Assembly (NCBI GenBank): GCA_965644265.1
Contig: OZ286476.1
Location: 22,506,001-22,570,000 of the forward strand
Length of the DNA stretch: 64,000 bases
From: Glycera tridactyla
Taxonomy: Eukaryota
Direction: 5' to 3'
The stretch's first letter is position 1; every line of letters begins with the position of its first letter. Under the pieces are notes generated by a model. That model saw only the letters and a program-made list of their open reading frames with translations. It had not been told where the DNA came from and ran no database searches. Of this stretch, positions 20,460-32,800 are shown in pieces. A program made the translations under genes and the position numbers.

Positions 20460-21311
20460 TCATACTTCCATTCTGCATACATCGACGGCTACGAATAAAT
20501 AGAATTGGAATAGATAATCGTAGTAGCATGATCCATATTCAGCAGCCTTCAACGTGATTAGTATGTATTTCAGTACTTCTTCATATCTCGTGTGGAATAC
20601 CTCTCTGTGCATAACATTCAGGATTTTACGAAGATGGAGGGGGGATTTTACTTGTTGTACCATTGTATGGAATGCACTGTGATATTGAAATTCATATCCC
20701 TGTAAGCAGTTCTCAGCAAAGGGTTCTCTGAGTATGTATACACACATCGTATTGAAATAACTGGCTAGGTCTTCTGTGGTCATATGCCCATTGAGATTGT
20801 ATGGTCTGATACATGAACGCATCACCTTTGAATAATTTTGGTCATTCAATTCACGGTTGTAGGTGATTGTCATGCAAGTTTCAGGATGTGTCATTTTGAT
20901 GTTTAACAACCAACCGGTTATGGTTTGTGTGAAAATGTTAACAATCCGTATCAATGCACGAGGAAACAACCAAGCCAATCTGCTGAATATCAAAACCATC
21001 ACCAATATGTCTGTGTGGCTGCAGCTGCCATCCTTCACCAAATCAATCATGATCTCAAACAGCATATCATTCCCCCTGATTTTGGTGCATACATAGTCGA
21101 AATATGTGTTCACAGTGTATGGGTCCAACTTATTCCAAATATATCTATGAAGAGTATCCTTATGTAGTGATGAGACCGCCATGAAATATGCACTCATATC
21201 CTTTATTTCCCATTCATCTCGGTCCTCTTCCAGAGACTCTTTCTCGGAATCCATCCTGCTTATTCGACTATTCGATTGTAAATGAGCTACACATTCCATA
21301 ACATCTTCCAC
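20460..21311 (-). CDS. Uncharacterised helical protein, paralog B (283 aa)
   Basis: Shared with paralog A: W....AYF, VC.KI.G.D, FPRA/SPRA, TTE.LA.YFN, SP.HLRKILN.M, VLKY.LI.L, F..DVC. Confidence 0.8.
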   Translation of the reverse strand: MEDVMECVAHLQSNSRISRMDSEKESLEEDRDEWEIKDMSAYFMAVSSLHKDTLHRYIWNKLDPYTVNTYFDYVCTKIRGNDMLFEIMIDLVKDGSCSHTDILVMVLIFSRLAWLFPRALIRIVNIFTQTITGWLLNIKMTHPETCMTITYNRELNDQNYSKVMRSCIRPYNLNGHMTTEDLASYFNTMCVYILREPFAENCLQGYEFQYHSAFHTMVQQVKSPLHLRKILNVMHREVFHTRYEEVLKYILITLKAAEYGSCYYDYLFQFYLFVAVDVCRMEV

Positions 21312-21427
21312 AATGCCATCTCATATACTATAGTCTAATATACATGTACACCATGGTAGATATATTCAGCTGCTGTCATAGTGCCCCGTTCCTGGTAGAT
21401 AGCTGTTATACAGCCCCTCTAACTACT

Positions 21428-21966
21428 TGTGTCGTTTTGTGTTTGATTCATGAACTTCATTACGCAAAAGACATGAGACCTCAGAAGGTCATAGTACATG
21501 CTGATGCCAGAAAGATAGATCGGAAATATCAAGGCATGATATGCCAATCATACTTCAGCAAACTTTTGTGATGATTCGATCTTTATGACTGGTTATATGA
21601 GTTGCATCGTCAAAGATAGTGGCTGGAGCTCAGCTGATCCAAGCCTGGGTTCGAGGATTTTGAGATGAAAGTGTCAGGCGCAATGCACCTGGTCAATACA
21701 AGTCATATATCGAAAATGTCATCCCATAAGCTGAAAAAAATCATTCATTAGAGTTCCTTTGTATCAAAGCCCCAACATTTGAGTGATATATGTAGGAGAC
21801 ATAGATTCTGACTGGTAGCCAGACGAGCGTGGCAGATGGATAGCTCCCTCGAGGGGCAGATTCTTGTACATAAATATCAAATTAACTTGCAAATGACGCA
21901 GATTCTCCTGACCGAAAATGTTGGAGTAGAGACACCAAAGAACAGATATGCTACGTAATGAAGATA

Positions 21967-22038
<72 letters not shown>

Positions 22039-25000
22039 TGGTGATGATGATNNNNNNNNNNNNNNNNNNNNNNNNNNNNNNNNNNNNNNNNNNNNNNNNN
22101 NNNNNNNNNNNNNNNNNNNNNNNNNNNNNNNNNNNNNNNNNNNNNNNNNNNNNNNNNNNNNNNNNNNNNNNNNNNNNNNNNNNNNNNNNNNNNNNNNNNN
22201 NNNNNNNNNNNNNNNNGATGATGCTGATTGGCATCCTCCCGTAAGAGGTTTTCATCATCAGTACCTGATAAAAGGAGCTCACCTAGATATAATGATATCA
22301 GAGGCAAGATGCAAACCTTCAGATGTTGGCGAAGCATCCAATCCACCATCCTTCCTACTTTAATCAAATTGTATTCAGGCCGAGCTGGAGTGTGGTAGAC
22401 TTGAATATATTCCAACTTGATCGGAAATGTGATTGCACAGGATTTTGACCTCACCTTGAGAGAGGCAAGCACCGCCTCTAGTAAGATATATTGTCACTAT
22501 TCTGCAGATGGCGAGAGCATTGGGTAGCCCTTCTGAAATCAAAGATCTTTGATTGCATGCACCAGTGACTTTATTATATCAACTCAATCTGGTCTTCTCA
22601 AAGGATGGTGGGTGGTGAATGCAGATCGTACTTTCCTGGATGAAAGTTTGAAGAAGGAGGCTGGTGTCTGAGAAATGACACTCTCGAGGTCTGTAAATCT
22701 TGTATAATGTTCATCTTCTGTTGAGGAGCTGGAAGGAGAAGTCTCTAAAGATCTCATCCATACACACAGCATAGACACCAAAATATAGACCGGATGGCAC
22801 TACTATCACGTGAAACAGCCAACCAACAAACACCTGGTAGTTTTTATGGTTATGTTTGTGGGGTGGTGATCTCTTGCAAATACCATCATTTTGCTACTCT
22901 TGATGAGAATGTAGGCTCTGCCATTTCATTGGATTTTCATTATTCTAGTGGAAGTAATGACCATCAAAGAAATGCACCATGCTTGCTCAGAAAATCAATC
23001 ACCATACCCCCTCACAATAGGTCCTGGCATATGTCTCAATTTCCGATGATAGAAACAATTCCTGATAATGCTGTGATCATGGAGAATGCCCTGAGTGCTT
23101 GGTACAGAGTCGTGTTACAGACTGAGTAGCTGATCCTAGCGCTGCACCTGTGGCCATGGCACGATTGGCATTCTATACTCATCATCTGGTATTTCTATTT
23201 CAATATTTGAAATTCTCCTGACTTTGGAAATCTGGCTAAGATTGACCGCAGCATCTTGTCAGGCTACCAGTTGACCTCAACTTGATTATGACGCCATGAA
23301 GCAGGGCACGATGAACAATCAATTGATTGTGCAGAGAGACCCTGTCAGTTGACCTGGGTTGGGTCACCATGTGTTTGTGGTAGGTTACCACCTGCCAGTG
23401 AACCAGAGCTATCACATACATGCTAGCCGCGATATGGTACGATAATGACTGCTACAAATGCTCTTGTTACCGTTATTGTCAATCAACAGTCTGGATAATA
23501 CCAGTACTCCATCACTATCTCGTCATTGAGAGATTGAAATATCATAAAAGGCAATGAATGGCCGGTCTTTCTGCTGGTGAACCTAATGAACAACTAATTC
23601 CAATGGATACAGAAGACATTTTTCAATTAGTTTTCACATGAAATTTCTCTGATGGACTTGAGACGAGCTTCAAACATTGAGTCTGACTTGATAAAAAAAA
23701 AACTCATACTCTTAGATAGCCAAATATTCTGGAAGGATGTATTCACATCCTGGACAACATAAGCAAAATGTAGTTATTCAAAGAGACCAAGCTATTCATC
23801 ATATAGTGATGGCAATGTGGAGGTGCTTCCACAAAATGTGTGGTATGATGTGCCTGATCCATTCCAACAAATAGTGAGGGGATGGTTGGCAATGTGGAGC
23901 ATGGCAGAGGCTGACATTATTTGTGATGTCACCAATCTCCAACTGACATGTAACATGCACCTCGAGAACAGCTGCAATGTTAGCTGTCATTCAGATTAGC
24001 TTGTTAATGTCATCATGAAAGAGATTATCTTCACGGTCTTGTCACTGATAATCGATAATCATTTGACATTTCCTGGACGCCAGATGATGGGGGGTAGAGT
24101 CATCAGAGCATATTCAGAAGACCATACCATCAAGTTTCAATCAAACTTTTTTACAGGACACATACTCTTATGACATCATAATCAGATTCATCTGGACGAA
24201 ATTGCCCCTTTTCTGTGGCATGGTTAAGCTTATTTACAGTTTCCAATGGATAGCCAACCACTGCCCTGCTTTTGCAAAAGGCAGCACGATGTCACCATGT
24301 ATATGCAGAAAAATATGACTATGTAGTCAGGGGTTATCATTTCATGCCTAACATGTCTTAGGGCCCATGTGCATACACAGAGTAAGATAAATCTTCATTA
24401 GATCATTGCCTGCTCACACACTGCTAGGTTTTCTATTCACTTCCCGTGAATACAGTCAACATGCAAAATCTCCATATTGACTTGAATCTATATCTTTCTT
24501 TGATTATTAACAATCCAGGCACTGGATAAACATGATAATCAGTGTTTGTAGGACATACCAGCACTAACCCACAGTGAATAAATTCAGAATTTACTTAGAA
24601 AGTGAAGTTCGATGGAGAACCTATCGATTAGGACGGTAAGAAAATTGGTGATCCAACCATGATTCCTTCAGATTGAGCCTGACAAAATGCCATTAAAGAT
24701 CCAGCATTCAATCTCCAAACTGTTCATCCCCCATGATCGGATCCTTATTCAAATTCATCTATGGGTTTTGTTGAAGATGGTAAGATGAATATCGCCTGTG
24801 CAACTATTCGCAAAATCTCACTCGACAAACTTGTTGCTTCAATTTGTAGTTGAATATGATCATGGAGGACGCAAGCAGATATTTTCACAACAAACTATTA
24901 CCAAAATTGCGTTGTCGTTGTGAATACTTTTTAACTAGGGATGAAGCAGGAAGATGATGGCACATAATAGAAGCAGCGGGAGATGATGATGACTCTCTAC

Positions 25001-25175
25001 GGTATACTTGCAGTATCTATGATGTAGGACGACGACCTCTTATAAGAAGATAGAAACATCAGCGGGTGGTGATAATGGCGTACACAGAAAAAATGCCCAC
25101 AGGAGCAGCCCTACTGGTATATGATGCTATTCTATGAGTCTATGCTTATACTAGTTTTTTCGTCTTTGATGGAGT

Positions 25176-25246
<71 letters not shown>

Positions 25247-26814
25247 TTCTATCTCTGAGTAGATCGTCATGCATATGGAGACATTTTATGGCAGCCATTC
25301 TATGAAAGCTGGATACATTTATTTCTGCATTGGCCCTGATATGTCTCCCTGCCCTCTCACCCTTGCCTTCATGACCCACCCCACCTACCTTACTTCACCT
25401 ACTATTTGTCCCCCCCCCCTTATTCGAATCATATTGGATTTTACCAAGCTACATATTCTAGTTTAGAATATCGTGCCCACAGGATATGCTTCCCTGAGCA
25501 ACTGTGTGATATGTCTTTGTGTATACATGACGAAGTAAAATTAGGTTCTTTAATCAATCAATACTCAGAGAGGATGGCGACAGCAGCAGCCCCATTTGAT
25601 GTCTGACATAAGATGCTATGCTATGACAGATGTCATTGAGCTTCGAAGTTATGACCACTGTAAAGGATAGAGTGATCTGCTCGATTATTGATGCGAACCT
25701 GGCCAAAGCAGCCCTGGGGCAGTTGTGTCACCATGCACAATGAAGATGCCAGTAATACAAGCTCTGGGTTATTGGGTAGGTTCACTGTTGAGTGTGATGG
25801 CATTGTCATGCAGGCATATGGAAAAATTATTTCAAAGCCGCTTCGAAGCTGATGTTTCATAACTGAACATGGCTGAAAATTATCGAGCATTAGATACATT
25901 TTGACGATGAGATCATATGAAACTAAGAGCGAAGAAAAAGCATCAACATTTCAACTTTCAAGACCTATCTGAGTCAAAGATTCAGGCATTCGTATTTCAG
26001 ATTGATATCAAGTCAGATCATCTCGTACTTGACCATTTCTGTGTTGCATCTTGTGAAATGGATGCCTCTTGGAGATCACACAAGCCTTTTGCCTCTCACT
26101 TTACCTCTTTTCTGCCTCGATTATCTCCTCTTTAGATGCGTGTCCAAATGGTCATGGTGACAGACACTTAGCAGGGCAATCATTCCTAAGGTATGCAGGA
26201 TTCACTTGGCAGGTTTATGGTGTGTAGAGGAGCCAGGTTGTAGGTGGTAAGCTACTGTGATGTATGTGAACATCAAACAGGCTATTGGCACTGACCTGAG
26301 AGACCCCTATTCTCTGTATCTAAATTGACCTGTAGATGGTCATCAGCATTACTTCTCACACAGATCACGACATGCCACATTGCTCACCCAACACCTTACT
26401 GTTCCATTTACATTCGAATACTAAATGATGATGATGATGATGATGATAATGATGACGACGTGATGTTTGGTTTTTGCTCTGATGCCAATCTACGAAATTG
26501 ACACATTCGGTTCTCCATGTGAGTCTGTATAACGTAACCATATAGGTATCGTCAGAATATCTGAAATGTACAATCATAATCCACGAATTGATTCAATTGA
26601 ATGATGGCAGCTTCCACGAGAAAATGTGCACCGAGAAAATTGCAATATCCACTGAAGATGAGGAAGGTGATAAGATTTATGCTAGCCAATCATGTCATAT
26701 ATTGATGCTGACAGGGACAACATTATGCTGCCATACTGGTATGATGTGAACTGACACGATCAGTTTAGTCCGATGTCAAGATGACGATGATGTTGTGGTT
26801 GTTGTTATTGTTGT

Positions 26815-26863
<49 letters not shown>

Positions 26864-29800
26864 AATGATGAGGGTGATGATTTTCTGCTCGACATGGCAT
26901 GATGGACAGCAATCTAATGGTGAAAACGATAGTCGGGAATATTATGGTAACAGAACAAAGTAGCTGACCATAAGGCAGAGATCGTAATGCTTTGTTCTCT
27001 TCTCATCCAACTTTAATTGAGTTGTGTCCTGCTTGAACTGAAGTGAGACAGACCTAAATTCCATTTTGATTAGGAGTGTGATAGCACAGTGATCGCACCA
27101 ACACCTACATTAAATGCACCAAACTCAGCAACTGATGTGTTGTCAAACCCAACCATTTATTCCCATTTCTGTTCACATACCACACTATTATTTCAGTTTA
27201 TGACATGAGATACTGATGGAATTTGATCATGATTACAAATCACATCGACAACACCTCTTGTTAAATAGTGCCCGGATACTATAGTTGATATCTAATCCAC
27301 ATGAAATTGGATGTCTCCCATGGCATGCATAAGTGGCTTTGATGCTGTCGATTCAATCAGCTACAATGGAAGTGACGGTGCCACAAACCGCCATGCTCTT
27401 CATGGCCACACTTTGATCAATGACGATTCGAAGCACATGCTGATTCATGCAGATAAGTGCCGATCCTCTGGCTAATGATGCTGCTATGTTATCAAGTATG
27501 TATCACTTCTCATCAGAAATGGCACAGTCAGTTCGCTTGATGTGATTTGATCCGATATGCAAAACCCATAGCAGATAATTATATTTGTTCCTCTGTCTGA
27601 AATGGTCCATATCATATCTTACTTAGCATTCTTTAAGGAAAGGCTCTATCATATTCTGTGATGGGTATTGAATTTGCAAACCTTGGTGATTGTGTACATT
27701 CATCAAGGACTTTATGTTCATTTTGGGCATGTCTGTGATGTGTGCCCTGTAACTTTTTCTTGTCTCTCTCCACTCTGTGTTTTAGAGTATCCATTCATTG
27801 TTGTTCTTGGTCGGAAAAATATAGGTTGTGCACCTTCTGTGCAATGAGTTGAAAAATAGATGCGGATCAAATCAAATGGTTCAGAAATCCTCATACATGG
27901 GAATCACATTTTTGGATACGCCATATTTGATATCACTGGGCATGTAGACCATGTGGAATAAGCAGAAATACCAAATGTTACAGCTTCACAACTATCATGG
28001 CCTAATTATTAATGCGTACCTTGCACTTTATCGTTCTGTTGAACTCAGGCTTATCCTAAATATATCACTGTGACAGAATCTTCTTGAATTGTAGCCTGAT
28101 AGGAGCATGATGTGTATCAATTATGAACATCTGTGCGAGTAGTTCGAAGAGATGAAGGATGGAAACAAGTTGTTTGTTGCGATAATACTGATAATGTTCA
28201 AATTGCCGCCCAATGTTCTTCCTATGAAATTGGGAGAAACTTGACCCTTCTGACGATAGAGCGACCACCCAATTGGGCATGATTCACGAGATTGGTCTCC
28301 ATCTCGTGTCAATTTTCCCTCTCCTTTGTTCTGATGGAGATATATATATATCTATGATATAATACCAGCATCCCAAAATACTGTGGCACTGAAATCTCTG
28401 CTCTAGACGAACTGATTTGGTCCGGCTTGGTCTCAATTCGAGCACAACTATTTTTTCTATGGAAAAACTTTTTTGAAAGCCGCAAGTGCTCTGTATGCTG
28501 AGATTTTATTAACTTTGTGCCAACTTTTGCACCAACTGGCGGCCATCTTGGATTGCAATTCTCCCTACCTCCATATATATCTGGCTCCCTGGCTCATCTG
28601 CATAGCTTCTATGTTGTCATGAGGTGGGGGGGGGGGGGGCGGGGGGAATTTCATGGCTACCGTCGGCGTGTGTCTGTAGACATGTATGTACTTCTCCCCG
28701 CCACTCACCCCAATGAATGACAGTGAGGAGAAGGGGCATATACGCTGCATCCTCCTTCCCACCATGTGAGTGTGTGACCTGATTTTTCACCCTAATTTCA
28801 TTCACTTTGCAGTTAATTGAAACACCAAATTGTTTATCAGTGACAGTCACTGAAAGCTTTCAATTTAAGCTACAAACAAAAATTCACAAGAAGGATTTCA
28901 TTTGAAAAGATAATGAACATGCATGCCTCTGATCACTGTAATGGGTAACCCATCTGCTTGCACTGAAATATGTTTGGCCATTCACGAGTTCAATTTTCTG
29001 TTGAAATTCTCCAAGGGAGCGAAGAGCAAAAATACATCCGTGTATCACACAGGCTACGGCTATTATATATGCACACTCCTCGCCACTTCGTGCTGTAAAT
29101 CTCCAACTCTAGCCATATCATTTCGGCCGAGAGAGGAGAGAACACAAGAAGTAAGTGAGCTGCATAATCTCGCCATTTCGTGCTGTTGATTTCCCTTCCT
29201 AGCCATCTCACATAGGCCAAGAGAGGAGAGAACACACACAAAGGGGGAGAGCTGCATATTCCCACGTCGTCGTGCTGCAAATCACCATTCTGGCCTTCCC
29301 ACTTAGGCTGAGAAAGGAGAGAGTGCATGACGCATGGGATCTGCATATTCAGCGCTGATTCTTCTGTGAAAGTTTTGCTTCTTGCATATCGAATAGCAGA
29401 ACTGATTGTGGGTCTGAGAATTTTAGCTCTCCACACAGGAGTGACGAGCAGAAATTCATGACTATGAGGCAAAAACGTCCTATATTATTTTTGCCGAAAA
29501 GTCAACAGAAACCCATTGAAGAAACAGCCAACTTCGTGAGCAGATTACTTTTTGCTGTCCGAGTCTATGGATTAGGTTGATTCACTCTGATATCTTGCCT
29601 TTGCCTCGTCTACATCATATACTTTTTATGGCAAGATAACTGAGTGGGCTTACCTCTCCTTCGATGGCTCACTGGTATTCATTGATTTACCATGATGGCA
29701 AAAGATATGGTGCATGATGGTATCACAACAAGCCGTCAATACACCTACTGTAATGCATGTGAAATATCTATGAGATAGAGAGCTTTTACTGGCTCTTAAT

Positions 29801-32800
29801 CTCTCTGGAAGACACTGGAAGTTCCAGCAACTGGAACCTTGGTTTCTTTCACAAACATCTCTTCGAGGGGAAAAATGGTTCAACTGCCAATTTTCTGGAG
29901 TACTCACTCAATAGAGATGTTGTTTTACCCAATATGTGGGCTTTATAGGCAACTGATGAGGCTCATACAGCCGAAACCGAGAATCCGATGGTCAGGGCAT
30001 CCCAAGACCTGGGAAACCCTCCATTATGACGTCACTGATGACATCACAGATGCCGCCGAATCTCGCTGTTCTGTTACGTCACTGATGACGTCACAGACGC
30101 CGCCGAATTGGTTATTCTGTGACGTCACAGACGTCGTTGACCTGGATACATCACATGCGACAGTTACGCTCGAATGTAGCTGCTCTCGGTCTTGCCAGCC
30201 CTATGCACACTCCTCGCCACTTCGTGCTGTAAATCTCCAACTCTAGCCATATCATTTCGGCCGAGAGAGGAGAGAACACAAGAAGTAAGTGAGCTGCATA
30301 ATCTCGCCATTTCGTGCTGTTGATTTCCCTTCCTAGCCATCTCACATAGGCCAAGAGAGGAGAGAACACACACAAAGGGGGAAAGCTGCATATTCCCACG
30401 TCGTCGTGCTGCAAATCACCATTCTGGCCTTCCCACTTAGGCTGAGAAAGGAGAGAGTGCATGACGTATGGGATCTGCATATTCAGCGCTGATTCTTCTG
30501 TGAAAGTTTTGCTTCTTGCATATCGGATAGCAGAACTGATTGTGGGTCTAAGAATTTTAGCTCTCCACACAGGAGTGACGAGCAGAAATTCATGACTATG
30601 AGGCAAAAACGTCCTATATTATTTTTGCCGAAAAGTCAACAGAAACCCATTGAAGAAACAGCCAACTTCGTGAGCAGATTACTTTTTGCTGTCCCAGTCT
30701 ATGGATTAGGTTGATTCACTCTGATATCTTGCTTTTGCCTCGTCTACATCATATATATATATATATATATCAAAGTTTTATTTGTATGTAGTATAATCAG
30801 AAGCATTGCATACATTATGGTAGGTACATTCATGTTGCTTCTTCGCTGTCAGTGAGCATTATTGAGGACACAACGAGGACATACCAAGGCTTCTGAGAGC
30901 ATATTGAGGCACTTGAAGTTTGTTTGAATCAAACCAAGGTAGAGACGCTATTCAACTGCAATTACCTAATACCATGCACTATTTAATTGCAATGAGAGTG
31001 TCATCATGAGCAAAAGATGATGTATTGTCCTATAATCGCGAACTGCTAAGCTTTTTTAATGAGCTTTTGTAGGACTAGATTATGGAGAAGGAAGATTAAG
31101 GCCACCTGCGTTTGGTTTGATTAGAAACACTACTAATCTTCTGCTTGCTCGTCTGACTACAGTCATTCCATCTCTCTCATTGTCAGGTCTTTTGCTAACC
31201 CATTCAAAGACAGCCCGTTTTCTCTCAAAAAAATGATTACTTCACTCAGAACTTTGTTCTTCTCCAACAATCAGATTGACTACATATACAAGTCACTACA
31301 CTATCGTTTGTATATGGATCATGCTGATCGAAAGGACATGTAAAGGTCTCATAAAAGATCCAATGATATAGAAGGTCTGTATTCAAACAGATTTTCGACA
31401 ACAGCTACATGAATGGCTGAATTTGAGCACTGAGACACTAGTGATGAGAGTCTCAAATTCCAAGAGATAATGGAGAAAAATGAAGATGAAGAGATTTTCA
31501 TATTGACAATTGGGTCACATATCTGATTTCAATACTGAAATGGGAAATTTGCTTTGCAATGCTGAGCCTTTTTTGTTATCAGGATGTGGACATTCCTGGC
31601 AACTCCCAGCCTCTCCAGACAAGGTATGCACGATCTCAGTGACCTCTTTCGAGTGTAGTCAGTCGACCTAACATATCTGTAGTGAACAGTCTCAATGTAT
31701 CAGAGCCCTCTTTATATCTGCACTGAGCAATCTGAATACATCAAAACAATCATTACAAAGTGCAGGCTAAGATCGTACATCATTACAGTGCCAACAATAC
31801 GTGCATCATCACTGTTTCTCATCCATCGGATGACATTTATATTGGGCATATACATATTTTGTTTGTACATGATGCATTGTGTTTTGAATTACTGGTCTCT
31901 GTTTAAAATTGGATGTGTGATATCATTTGCATTCTGTAAATTAGACTGAAATGAGGCATTTGACAAATAATCCACATCAATACTTTATATGAAGCTTCAT
32001 GAACCTGCATACCAGCAGAGCATGAACAGATCGCCACTGTAGAACCCTGCAGTGAGTTACGATATTTACCAGAATAAATACCATAGTTCACCAGCTGTCA
32101 TTAGACATGTTCTTCACAACTCTTTCAATCAATGATACCTTTGCAGCTCTGTGAAGCCTCGATACCAACAGAACATGACCGGATTACCATTGCAGGGGCC
32201 TGCAATGAGATACATTATTTATTGGAGCAAATATCATCAATCACCAACTGACATTGGACGTGTTCCTCGGAAACAGCTGGAATGATCATCATTCCAACTA
32301 GCTAGATTCTGTCTCAATTCTGGAGATCACCGCCTTGATTATGTCACTAATGCCGCGTGATCAATGCTGCTCTTGATAATCTGATGTAATCTCTGAAACA
32401 GACTTGGACAAAAATGATTCGACTCTTGATTGAAGTTATCAGTTCATTCAAAGATGTTTATACTAGTGTTCGTGCTTGCTGATGGCTTCACTACACTTCT
32501 GAGATCCCTCCAACTGGCTGAGATGAGAATGATTACCAGGAAGTTTGAAAGAAGAATTGTCCTCGCAATTGCATGGGCGTCAATGTCTGCCCTTTTGCGA
32601 TGTTTTTGTCAATTTTTTTTCTCGAAATTGTTGTTGCCGCAAGGTTTTACATCGGAGTTTTCGTTGAACCCATCTGCTATCATTGCATCTCATTCACATG
32701 TACTATAATATATCAGGAATCATTTGTAGAGGGCATTTCGGCCACCACATAACTCTACGTAAAATGCATATTCGGACTTGCTTGCAGACTTCGGATATTG

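Larger units (their letters stand above)
1..21427. mobile_element. Polinton/Maverick (adintovirus-like) integrated element, left end outside window
   Basis: Contains pPolB, DDE integrase, A32-like ATPase, major and minor capsid genes. Ends in ACTACT (21422-21427; AGTAGT on the minus strand, a typical Polinton terminus). The following sequence resumes the host repeat that is uninterrupted at 46284 and 56565. Confidence 0.95.

Noticed and set aside
21764-22472. ORFs with poly-D/S/I/M tracts or X runs (also 9041-9536, 46738-47156, 51282-51665, 57050-57435, 61305-61901)
   Set aside because: Artefacts of (GAT)n microsatellites and N gaps.
24755-24830. MGFVEDGKMNIACATI, faintly like an ionotropic receptor ligand-binding segment
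   Set aside because: Too short, surrounded by stops, no other family motifs.
28990-29472. 150-160 aa ORFs in the 548 bp direct repeats (also 30151..30606)
   Set aside because: They reflect internal subrepeats and cross the element boundary; no gag or pol motifs.
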